A stretch of 64,000 nucleotides of DNA, taken from Cyanobacteria bacterium auto_48_18 (lineage in GTDB: Bacteria > Cyanobacteriota > Vampirovibrionia > Obscuribacterales > Obscuribacteraceae). Positions 28,670-37,218 of this stretch are shown here, piece after piece; position 1 is the stretch's first letter, and each line of letters opens with the position of its first letter. Where the stretch lies: positions 255,420-319,419 of the forward strand of contig JAVHQC010000022.1 of the NCBI GenBank assembly GCA_036170915.1, written 5' to 3'. The position numbers and the translations under genes are program-made. The notes under the pieces were generated by a model. That model was not told where the DNA came from and made no database searches. It saw only the letters and a list, made by a program, of their open reading frames with translations.

Positions 28670-30198
28670 TATTTTTTTGCCGCTGGAGCATAGCTGCCTG
28701 GAGTTGCTCCTTCATGCACCGGCGACGCCACATGAGCTGCAGTGGTTGAATAAGTGTCATCTTCAATCGACTCAATCACACTGCCCAGGCCATTATTAGC
28801 CCTGGTATCAACCGTGTAGCGCGCAATTGGTTTGAAGACGAAAGCATTATTTTCTTTGGCAATGCGATTGTATTCAAATTCAATCACTGAATTTTCTGCA
28901 CATGGCAGTGTGCGGGAATAGCGCAGAATGCGCTCTTCGAACAATTCTTTGTTAGAGCAATAATATTTCAAAGTGGTAAAGAGGCTGGTGATGGCGATTG
29001 ATTCACAAACATGACTGAACCTGCCCCAGATGGGCCAGCCATAATTTGAGATCAGCGTTTTCTGGCCTGATGCCTGGTTCTTCTCGTAAATCATGATGAA
29101 GAAATTGACCACATCTACTGAGAAAACTCGCCAGATAATGATGCCGAATGTATTGGTATATTTTTCCAAAAATACTTGAAGCGGCTCTGGCAAACGTTTC
29201 TTCTTGTAGAAATTAAAGAACAAACCAGCATGGCTGAGCGGCAGAAGCACCAGGTAAATCCAGAGAGCAATCTCCAGACACAAAGCGGGAAGTGCTGACT
29301 GGTTTGCGAGCGGCGTGAGCTGACCTGTTTGAGGCAGTGGAATATGGCAGGCATTGAAAATTTGCTGGCACCATACTTCGCCAATTGAACCGGGATGGAA
29401 AAATAAGAAACAGCTGGCTATAACCATTTCGCAAAGCACTCCCAGGCGAATTTGAGTGCGAATGAAAATGAAACTCAAGAGCATGAGGGCGCCGCCCATA
29501 AATCTAGTGGCCGGCACAACCATCAATACCGCTGCAACAACTTCGGTCAGCCATGCCATCTGATCTAGAAAATTGAAAATTGGATTGTTAGGCTTAACCG
29601 TTTTCCAGAACTTCCACCAGTAGCCCCATTCAGGATTGACCATGCCGTATTCCATGCCTTCCTTTACGGCATAACCGGCAGTCATCTTATACAAGCCGGC
29701 CGATAGCATGATCAAAGCAAAGTCGACCTGGGCCACAAGAAGTACAAGACTGCGTTGCATTGGGGCAAACTCAAGTGAGCATTGCAGTAAGAAGACTATG
29801 AAAGCGAGCCAGTAGCTCATAAAGCCAGGCGCGCCCATGCCCCTGGCCACGCCCTTCCAGCGCATCTCGACAAAATAATACCGGCAAATAATCAGATTAA
29901 TCAGCGAAGCCATTAGCGGATGGTAATTGCAGACCAAAGCAATGGCACAACCGAGCCAGGCAGACCCGATCAGCACTGAGGCGAATGGGTTCTGTAAGGC
30001 ATCTTCGCGGGGAGAAGATTTTGCATAGCCGCCAAACTTTTCGCTGATGAAGAACTTATCCCAGCTGCGCAGGCTAATAGCAAAATGGCCAATCAGCAGG
30101 GCACCATAGGTGGTTCTGATTACAGCAAGCATGGTGTCGCTTATTTGGGGCGGAAACGCTGTTGGGCTTAATAGCAGTGGGCTTGTAAGCAGTTCCAT
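28669..30198 (-). CDS. HTTM-domain (vitamin K-dependent carboxylase/LMF/SdpB-like) membrane protein
   Basis: Multi-TM with 'SAGLYKM..GY...GM', 'WLTEV..AVLM..P.TR' and a C-terminal 'GIIIWRVFS' resembling the SdpA/DUF5819 W-x-x-F motif. Confidence 0.6.
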   Translation of the reverse strand: MELLTSPLLLSPTAFPPQISDTMLAVIRTTYGALLIGHFAISLRSWDKFFISEKFGGYAKSSPREDALQNPFASVLIGSAWLGCAIALVCNYHPLMASLINLIICRYYFVEMRWKGVARGMGAPGFMSYWLAFIVFLLQCSLEFAPMQRSLVLLVAQVDFALIMLSAGLYKMTAGYAVKEGMEYGMVNPEWGYWWKFWKTVKPNNPIFNFLDQMAWLTEVVAAVLMVVPATRFMGGALMLLSFIFIRTQIRLGVLCEMVIASCFLFFHPGSIGEVWCQQIFNACHIPLPQTGQLTPLANQSALPALCLEIALWIYLVLLPLSHAGLFFNFYKKKRLPEPLQVFLEKYTNTFGIIIWRVFSVDVVNFFIMIYEKNQASGQKTLISNYGWPIWGRFSHVCESIAITSLFTTLKYYCSNKELFEERILRYSRTLPCAENSVIEFEYNRIAKENNAFVFKPIARYTVDTRANNGLGSVIESIEDDTYSTTAAHVASPVHEGATPGSYAPAAKK

Positions 30199-30199
30199 A

Positions 30200-30715
30200 T
30201 CATGCGCCACGCAAAGTAGAGAAAACGTGCAAGTCTACATATTTGCCATTAGACCAGCGCTCTTCCACGAGAATCGCTTCGCGTGCGTAGCCGGCTTTTT
30301 CAAATGCCTTTTGAGCCGGTAAATTAAAAGCCAGCACGTAACCAGTGAGTTTGTGCAAATTTAGCCATTCAAAACCATACTGTTTGATTAGCGCCAGCGC
30401 TTCAACTCCCAGGCCCTTACCAGAATGTCTGGGGTCGAGCACTATGCGCACTTCCGCCTTGGCGTTTTTAGTATCAATGCCGTGCAACCAAACGTTGCCT
30501 GCATGCTCTTTTGTGTCTAAAGTTTCGATGGCAAAATAGATAGTTTCATCTTTTTTGCCTTTCAAAAGATCAAACCAAATTTCTTGTTCGGCCTGCGAAA
30601 TTGGCGCAGTGCGGCCAAGAAACTTGCAGAGTTCGGTATCATTCAGCCAGGTCAAAGTCTTTTGAGCATGTTCGCGCTCGAAAGTGGCTAATGAAACTTT
30701 AGATCCGCTCAGCAT
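30200..30715 (-). CDS. GNAT acetyltransferase (RimJ/RimL/PseH-like)
   Basis: 'WLND', 'GKGLG.EA', 'GFEWLNLHKL', 'N.PA.KAFEKAGY'. Confidence 0.88.
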   Translation of the reverse strand: MLSGSKVSLATFEREHAQKTLTWLNDTELCKFLGRTAPISQAEQEIWFDLLKGKKDETIYFAIETLDTKEHAGNVWLHGIDTKNAKAEVRIVLDPRHSGKGLGVEALALIKQYGFEWLNLHKLTGYVLAFNLPAQKAFEKAGYAREAILVEERWSNGKYVDLHVFSTLRGA

Positions 30716-31836
30716 GTAGTTTTAGCAGTAGCCTTTGGTTCGTAAATTTCTACTTCGGCACCGAGATCTTCTGCCATGATTTTCTTCAGGTGATCGCCAG
30801 ATTTTTGCAGAACGTTGAGCCAGCCGTAATTCCAGTCACGCACGCCGGCAAACCAGGCAGAGCAACCACGGCATGGGAAACATTCAGTTCCGCGACCGGC
30901 CATGTGCATTTCGCGATACCACTTGAAGGTCTCGCCTTGCCAAATGTCTTCAATAGAGACGTCTTTAGCATTGGGGAAGAGGTCTGAAGTCTTGAAAGTA
31001 ATGTCTTGTCCACAAAGGGCAATGCGACCAAGAGTATCAACGTTTAGTCTTTCGAAAGGCCAAACGCAAGGCTCTTTTGGTATCACTTTTTCGTTTGAGT
31101 AGAGATGCTTATCGAGTGCTTTGCCTTCTGGAATTTGTGTGTTGTCATCCCAGGTGAGGAATTTACGCGTGATTACTTCGTCTACGCCAATACCTTCATG
31201 CCAGAATTTTATTGCTTCATCCAATTTGCCTTCAATCAATTCTTGACGAATGATCGAAACTACAATTCTGGTCGGCCCTCTGAGCTCGTTGCGTTTTGCA
31301 ATGGCATATTTGACGTTGTTGACCTGTCTTTCCCACCATTCATCAGCTGTGCGGGTCATGCCACCTCTTGGTGGTCGAACTTCGGCATAGGTTTCAGCGT
31401 CGCCAGCGTCCATTGAAAATTCAATCAAGTCGACGCCGCAGGCGAGCAGGCGGTCAAGACGGTCACGATCGCGCTTCACTGGCCCGAACATGCTGCCATT
31501 GGTATTCAGCCAAACGCGTGCGCCCTTAGATTTGCCATACTCGATCATGTCGACCATGCCAGGGTGAAGCATAGGTTCACCACCGCCGGTGCAACGCATC
31601 CAGGCACCATATTTGCCGCATTCGTCGGCAATGCTGTTCCAGAGGTCTACTGGGAACAGCTCGGCGCTGTTGTCTCTATAAAATTTTCTAATCTCGGAGT
31701 TGCCGTCGGTATAAGGGCACATGGGGCAGCCAAAATTGCATGGATATATGATCGATAGTACGACCATTAAAGGGAATAGCTCTGCGCTAGGACGTATGCC
31801 CTGCTTGTCTAAGCTGCTTTGGGTTCCATTTGACAT
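30709..31836 (-). CDS. Radical SAM protein with twitch/SPASM auxiliary-cluster domain
   Basis: CNFGCPMC (CxxxCxxC), GGGEP, TNG; C-terminal C-x17-C...SIEDIW...CxxCxxC. GGAG RBS before ATG 31836. Confidence 0.92.
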   Translation of the reverse strand: MSNGTQSSLDKQGIRPSAELFPLMVVLSIIYPCNFGCPMCPYTDGNSEIRKFYRDNSAELFPVDLWNSIADECGKYGAWMRCTGGGEPMLHPGMVDMIEYGKSKGARVWLNTNGSMFGPVKRDRDRLDRLLACGVDLIEFSMDAGDAETYAEVRPPRGGMTRTADEWWERQVNNVKYAIAKRNELRGPTRIVVSIIRQELIEGKLDEAIKFWHEGIGVDEVITRKFLTWDDNTQIPEGKALDKHLYSNEKVIPKEPCVWPFERLNVDTLGRIALCGQDITFKTSDLFPNAKDVSIEDIWQGETFKWYREMHMAGRGTECFPCRGCSAWFAGVRDWNYGWLNVLQKSGDHLKKIMAEDLGAEVEIYEPKATAKTTC

Positions 31837-31936
31837 AGTTGCCGCTTCACTCCACCGATAAGTCCCATAGATCATCCAATGTATGGGATACCCGTGTCAA
31901 TGAAAACCAGGCCAACAAGTAGAATTGCAATGGAAT

Positions 31937-31965
31937 TTGGCCTTATTGTGAATATGTACTAAAGT
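31937..31965 (+). promoter_or_regulatory. Putative sigma70 promoter of the decayed TA locus
   Basis: TTGGCC-17 nt-TAAAGT, 14 nt upstream of the remnant's TTG. Confidence 0.45.
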
Positions 31966-31979
31966 TGGGCCGTGGTACT

Positions 31980-32050
31980 TTGACAATCCGCTTCGATGTA
32001 GACCCGCACAATTGAAGGCTTACCGTCGCAGGAGGCGGAGCAAGAAATGA
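31980..32050 (+). pseudogene. Internally deleted toxin gene remnant (BrnT/DUF4258-like)
   Basis: N-terminal fragment (M)TIRFDVDPH is joined out of frame to the C-terminal fragment LKAYRRRRRSKK*, whose stop overlaps the next ATG (ATGA). Confidence 0.6.
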
Positions 32051-32247
32051 GCAACAAAGACTTTCCGCCCGGATGGAACCAAGATCGCGTAGAAAAATTA
32101 CTAGCCCATTACGAGCAAATGGATGACGACGTTATGGTGGCTGAAGATGAGGCTGCGTCGGAGCTATCAGGGCAGACCCTCATGGTTGTTCCGACACAAT
32201 ATGTGCCGGCGGTTCGAGAATTGATTGAGCGTAAAACTAGTGCGTAG
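32047..32247 (+). CDS. Small acidic putative antitoxin
   Basis: 66 aa 'FPPGW...RV..LLAHYE......VAEDEA......M.VP...VP.VRELI'. Strong AGGAGG upstream. Confidence 0.7.
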   Translation: MSNKDFPPGWNQDRVEKLLAHYEQMDDDVMVAEDEAASELSGQTLMVVPTQYVPAVRELIERKTSA

Positions 32248-32364
32248 AGCACCTCATTAGTTGTTCACTGTCAAACACCTGCTAGATTAAGCAATTTATT
32301 TGTTGCTAAAGTCTAGGGCCATTGCTTTAGACTGTGGATACCAAAAAATTTAGAGGCGTAGTCT

Positions 32365-34299
32365 ATGTGCGGCATTGCAGGAATATTCGGCTCAGGTGAC
32401 CGAGACCTGGTAGAAATCATGCTTAATCAGCTGATTCACCGCGGGCCAGATGACGGTTTCATCGTTCATGACGACAATTTTGCCATGGGTGCTCGTCGCC
32501 TCAGTATTCTCGATTTAGCTGGCGGTCGGCAACCGCTGTCTAATCAAAGTGGCTCAGTATGGGCCTCTCAGAACGGCGAACTTTATAACTATCAAGCCAA
32601 GCTTGAAATGCTAAGGGCGCGCCAACATCAGTTTGTAACCAGATGCGACACCGAGATTTTGCCGCACCTTTACGAAGAATTTGCCGAAGATTTCGTTAAA
32701 CATATCGATGGTATGTTCGCTGTAGCCATATGGGATACGGCGAAAAATTCAGGCATCTTGGCCCGTGACAGGCTAGGAAAGAAACCACTTTATTACACGC
32801 AAATTGGCGATGTACTTTACTACGCCTCTGAAATCAAGGCACTGTTGCACGTGCCTGAATTTAAGCGCACAGTCAATTTAGAAGCATTGCATCACTATTT
32901 AAGCTTCAAGCATGTACCTTCGCCGCAGACGATTTTCAATAATATTTACGCTTTACCTCCGGCTCATTATCTAGTTTACAAGCGCGGCCAAACCCCCAAG
33001 CCTGTGCGTTATTGGGATTTGTCATTCAAGACCAATGCTGATTTAGCAAAACTCGATGAGAGTGAGCTGGTAGATATTTTCCTTGATAAGTTCCGTCAGG
33101 CCATTGCCAAACGCGTGATTGCCGACGTACCTATTGGTTTCTTCCTCAGTGGCGGGCTTGATTCCAGCCTCGCTACGGCGGTGGCGGCCGAGTCTTCCAG
33201 CGATCCGATTAAGACTTTTACTTTGACTTACAAAGGCGATTCGAGCACCGCCGGTAAAGACTTAGATAAAGAGTGCGCTAAGTTTGTAGCGGCCAAATAT
33301 AAGACCGAGCATCACGAAGAAACTGTTGAATTCAGCCAGTTTCCAACAAACATCAAAAAGATTATTCGCTGCTTCGATGAACCGTTTTCAGGCACTGTTT
33401 CAACCTATTTTTTGGCACCATTAATCAGACAAAACGTTACTGTGGCTATCTCAGGAGACGGTGCTGATGAGCTTTTTGGTAGTTATCTCTCCCATCGTCT
33501 AGCCTCTCCCCTGGCCCAATGGCCTGACTATTTGAAGACGCAAGATAGCAGTGCGCTAAAACCTTTCGAAGAGCAAATCGACTATCTAAAGGGCCTTTAC
33601 GAGGTTAATGATTGGGCCTGGCGAGCCAAGCTTTTTGTCTTGAGCGATGAAGCCAAAGCCGAACTTTATTCTTCAAGCGTCGCTGAAAAAATGTCTAAAT
33701 TTAGTTCGCAATTGCTTTTACGCGATGACTTTTCTAAATTGACCGCCAATGCAAATGATGCCCTCAATCGCGTGCTCGAAGCCGAATACAAGACAATCTT
33801 CCCCGATCAGGTGCTGGCCTTTGTTGACAGGCTAAGCATGGCCCATTCACTAGAAGTGCGCAGCCCATATCTTGATACTGATGTGGCGGAATTTGTCGCT
33901 TCACTGCCAGGCAATGTCAAAATCAAAAATGGCGAGACCAAATATTTGCTCAAGCAAGCCGCCCTGCGCTTTCTACCAGAAGAAATGGTGAAGCGTAAAA
34001 AAGAAGGCTTTGTCATGCCGATTACTGATTGGCTGCTCAAAGATCTGCAAGGTTATGTGCGCGAGACCCTGAGCCCGAGCAGATTAGCTGCTCACGGATT
34101 GTTTGACAGCGGTAAAGTAGAGGCGCTGATGAATCAAATCTATAGCAACGATTCAGACTACCGCGAAGTCAATAAAATATACGCCCTGCTGGTTTTCCAA
34201 GAGTGGTACGACATTTATATGGGTTCTGCAAATAGCAATAGTAAAGAGCATGTGCTCAAAGTCGATTCTATGCGGGTGACGGCTGCGCTTTCGAAATAG
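32365..34299 (+). CDS. asnB: Glutamine-dependent amidotransferase, asparagine synthase B family (glycan amidation type)
   Basis: N-terminal MCGIAG, HRGPD, NGELYN, LSGGLDSS, SGDGADELF, DRLSMAHSLEVR. Confidence 0.93.
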   Translation: MCGIAGIFGSGDRDLVEIMLNQLIHRGPDDGFIVHDDNFAMGARRLSILDLAGGRQPLSNQSGSVWASQNGELYNYQAKLEMLRARQHQFVTRCDTEILPHLYEEFAEDFVKHIDGMFAVAIWDTAKNSGILARDRLGKKPLYYTQIGDVLYYASEIKALLHVPEFKRTVNLEALHHYLSFKHVPSPQTIFNNIYALPPAHYLVYKRGQTPKPVRYWDLSFKTNADLAKLDESELVDIFLDKFRQAIAKRVIADVPIGFFLSGGLDSSLATAVAAESSSDPIKTFTLTYKGDSSTAGKDLDKECAKFVAAKYKTEHHEETVEFSQFPTNIKKIIRCFDEPFSGTVSTYFLAPLIRQNVTVAISGDGADELFGSYLSHRLASPLAQWPDYLKTQDSSALKPFEEQIDYLKGLYEVNDWAWRAKLFVLSDEAKAELYSSSVAEKMSKFSSQLLLRDDFSKLTANANDALNRVLEAEYKTIFPDQVLAFVDRLSMAHSLEVRSPYLDTDVAEFVASLPGNVKIKNGETKYLLKQAALRFLPEEMVKRKKEGFVMPITDWLLKDLQGYVRETLSPSRLAAHGLFDSGKVEALMNQIYSNDSDYREVNKIYALLVFQEWYDIYMGSANSNSKEHVLKVDSMRVTAALSK

Positions 34300-34328
34300 A
34301 AATAGAAACTAGAAGTTTGAAACTAGAT

Positions 34329-35054
34329 ATGAACACAGAAACAAAGACTAAAACCCTTGCCGTGCTTCAACCCGGATATATTCCCTGGCTGGGTTTTTTT
34401 GACCAATTAGACCGATCTGACGTTTTTGTTTTTTACGATGATGTGCAATATGACAAAAACGGCTGGCGCAATCGCAATCGCATTAAGACACCAAATGGCC
34501 CCATGTGGCTCACTGTGCCCGTTAAAAGTGTGCGCCTTAGCCAATCGATTGTTGATACTGAAATTGATGACAGCCAACAGTGGCGCAAAAAACAAATCAA
34601 TACTATTGAGCAGTTTTACAAAAAGGCTCCCTACTTTCAGCAATACTTTGCTGAATTTCGCGACCTTTTAAGTAACCCCTGGGCCAATATTGCCGAATTA
34701 GACATCGCTGTAGTCAAATATTTAGCCGCCCAATTAGGGGTGACTACAACTCTATGCCGCTCTTCAGAGCTTGACATTAGTGGCGATAAAAATGAACGCT
34801 TACTCAATCTATGTCGACATTTTAATGTAAATCGCTATTTGACCGGCAATGCGGCTAAAACTTACCTGGCGACAGACCTTTTCGCCAATCAAGGTGTAGA
34901 AGTTTGTTGGCAAGATTATTTTCATCCAGAATATCCGCAACTCCACGGCGACTTTGTTCCATACTTGTCTACGCTGGATCTTCTGCTTAATTGCGGACCA
35001 GACAGCTTAGAAATACTACGCGGCAACAAGCGGCAACCGGAACACAGTACATGA
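34329..35054 (+). CDS. WbqC-family protein
   Basis: 'QPGYIPWLGFF', 'DDVQY.K..WRNRNRIKT', 'WLTVP', 'YPQL...F...LS.LDLL.N.G'. Confidence 0.9.
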   Translation: MNTETKTKTLAVLQPGYIPWLGFFDQLDRSDVFVFYDDVQYDKNGWRNRNRIKTPNGPMWLTVPVKSVRLSQSIVDTEIDDSQQWRKKQINTIEQFYKKAPYFQQYFAEFRDLLSNPWANIAELDIAVVKYLAAQLGVTTTLCRSSELDISGDKNERLLNLCRHFNVNRYLTGNAAKTYLATDLFANQGVEVCWQDYFHPEYPQLHGDFVPYLSTLDLLLNCGPDSLEILRGNKRQPEHST

Positions 35055-36079
35055 AAACTATCTTAGTCACGGGTGGAGTAGGCTTCATTGGTTCAAACCT
35101 CGTAAGGCATCTCTACAAAAAATACCCTGATTACAAAATCGTCGTAGTAGACGCGCTTACCTACGCAGGCTCCATTCAAAACAGTCCAGACAACGCCTTT
35201 GGCTCTGACACTTATGAGTTCTGGTACGGTGATGTACGCAACGGCGAACTGATGGATACACTGGTTTCGCAAGCCGACGTGGTCGTGCATATGGCGGCCG
35301 AGTCGCACGTTACCAGGTCAATTTACGATAACCGCCTGTTTTTTGAAACCGATGTAATCGGTACGCAAACGGTGGCAAATGCGGTGGCAAAATTCTCCGA
35401 TCGCATAGAGCGCTTTATTCATATTTCTACTTCTGAAGTTTACGGTTCTGCTCTTTCAGAAAAAATGGATGAAGATCATCCGCTCAACCCCATGAGCCCA
35501 TATGCCGCCGCTAAGTGTGGTGCCGATCGCCTCGTCTACTCTTACTGGAGCACTTACAACATTCCCGCTGTAATTGTTCGACCATTCAATAATTATGGCC
35601 CCAGCCAGCATTTAGAAAAAGCAGTGCCACGCTTTATTACCAGCTGTTTGCTAGACGAACCGCTAACAGTGCACGGTGACGGGTCTGCCGCCCGCGACTG
35701 GTTGTTTGTTGAAGATCACTGTGATGCATTAGATGCCATCATCCATGCTCCTAAAGAAAAAGTTGTGGGCAAGACCATTAATATCGGCACTGGCGAGCAC
35801 AAGTCGGTAAAAGAAATAGCTGAGGCTATTGTGCAAATCATGAAACCAAAAGTTTCGAAAATCGAATTTATTGGTGATCGCCCAGGTCAGGTTTTCCGCC
35901 ACACTTGCGATGCCACTCAGGCCCGCGAGCTGCTTGGCTGGGCACCGAAGACTTCATTTGAAGATGGCCTTGCTAAAACAATTGAATTTTACGAGAAAAA
36001 TCCAGAGTGGTGGAAACCACAAATGTGGATGCGCCACATTCCGATTGTCACCGCTTCAGGTAAGAAGGAAATGCACTGA
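35051..36079 (+). CDS. dTDP-glucose 4,6-dehydratase-like (RmlB/RfbB family)
   Basis: 'GGVGFIGSN', 'DALTYAG', 'AAESHV.RS', 'HISTSEVYG', 'PYAAAK', 'NNYGP.Q..EK', 'DRPG'. Confidence 0.87.
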   Translation: MKTILVTGGVGFIGSNLVRHLYKKYPDYKIVVVDALTYAGSIQNSPDNAFGSDTYEFWYGDVRNGELMDTLVSQADVVVHMAAESHVTRSIYDNRLFFETDVIGTQTVANAVAKFSDRIERFIHISTSEVYGSALSEKMDEDHPLNPMSPYAAAKCGADRLVYSYWSTYNIPAVIVRPFNNYGPSQHLEKAVPRFITSCLLDEPLTVHGDGSAARDWLFVEDHCDALDAIIHAPKEKVVGKTINIGTGEHKSVKEIAEAIVQIMKPKVSKIEFIGDRPGQVFRHTCDATQARELLGWAPKTSFEDGLAKTIEFYEKNPEWWKPQMWMRHIPIVTASGKKEMH

Positions 36080-37218
36080 TGTCAGCTCAAGCTCAAGCCG
36101 TTGCTTTTTTTATGCACGATCTCGGTCAGTCAGAAATTGACGCCATCACTAAAGTGTTCGCCGGCCCAATTCTGACAACCGGAGCCACGGTAGGTGAGTT
36201 TGAGAAACAATTCTCTAAACTTCTAAACTGCAAATACACCCTGGGCGTAACAAGTTGCACCGGCGCTTTGCACATGTCACTTCTGGCACTTGGTGTCGGT
36301 CCTGGTGATGAAGTAATCACCACACCAATGACATTTATCGCTTCTTCAACAGCCATTCTTGAAGCTGGAGCCACACCGGTTTTCATTGATGTCGAAGCTG
36401 AAACAGGCAATCTAGATGCCACAAAAATTGAAGCGGCCATAACCTCTAAAACCAAAGCCATACTGCCAGTGCATTTGTTCGGTCAAATGTGCGATATGAA
36501 AGCAATTCGTAAAATTGCCGATAAGCACGGGCTGTTTGTCATTGAAGACGCCGCTCACTGTGTTGAAGGCGAGCGTGACGGCATCAAACCTGGTCAGCTG
36601 GGCGACACTGCGTGTTTCTCATTTTATGCCACCAAAAATTTGACCTGCGGCGAAGGTGGTGCCGTTGTCACCAATAGCGATGATCTTTATCAAAAGCTCG
36701 TACTGCTGCGCACTCACGGCATGACTAAAACTGCTGCCGACAGGTCTGTTGAAGGCTATAAGCACTGGGATATGAAAGTGCTGGGCTGGAAATACAATAT
36801 GGATAACATTCAGGCGGCAATTTTATTGCCTCAAATTGAAAGGTTGCCTGCCAGCTGGGATAAGCGCGAGAAGTTAGCTCAGTACTATGAAAGCCGACTG
36901 GCTGGAATTAAGGGCGTGAGCAGACCGTCTAATCATGCAGGGGTAAAGCACGCCTGGCATTTGTATCCGGTCTGGATTTCTGGCGGCAAGCGCGACCACT
37001 TCATCGAACAGTTGCAGCGGCGTGGCATTGGCGTAATGGTCAACTACAGAGCCATTCACTTGCTCACCTATTTTAAAGAAACGCTCGGAGTTGAAGCGGG
37101 TGCGTTTCCTGTCGCTGAGAATATTGGCGATTCTACAATTTCGCTGCCTTTCTACCCGGGCATGCCGTTTTCAGACGTTGATCTGGTGGTGGCGGCTCTA
37201 AGAGAAATCGCGGCGTGA
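36079..37218 (+). CDS. DegT/DnrJ/EryC1/StrS PLP sugar aminotransferase
   Basis: 'GPGDEVIT', 'IEDAAH', 'FSFYATKNLTCGEGG', 'SLPFYP'. Confidence 0.93.
   Translation: MSAQAQAVAFFMHDLGQSEIDAITKVFAGPILTTGATVGEFEKQFSKLLNCKYTLGVTSCTGALHMSLLALGVGPGDEVITTPMTFIASSTAILEAGATPVFIDVEAETGNLDATKIEAAITSKTKAILPVHLFGQMCDMKAIRKIADKHGLFVIEDAAHCVEGERDGIKPGQLGDTACFSFYATKNLTCGEGGAVVTNSDDLYQKLVLLRTHGMTKTAADRSVEGYKHWDMKVLGWKYNMDNIQAAILLPQIERLPASWDKREKLAQYYESRLAGIKGVSRPSNHAGVKHAWHLYPVWISGGKRDHFIEQLQRRGIGVMVNYRAIHLLTYFKETLGVEAGAFPVAENIGDSTISLPFYPGMPFSDVDLVVAALREIAA

Noticed and set aside
28669..34299. RiPP cluster reading (rSAM-SPASM + HTTM + small peptide + AsnB as lasso cyclase)
   Set aside because: The 66-aa ORF looks like an antitoxin with a toxin remnant upstream. 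AsnB keeps its full glutaminase domain (Cys2). No RRE, leader peptidase or peptide exporter is present, and the neighbours are sugar enzymes.
34294..34328. Short AAA(C)TAG repeats between asnB and wbqC
   Set aside because: Too short and irregular; most likely low-complexity spacer.
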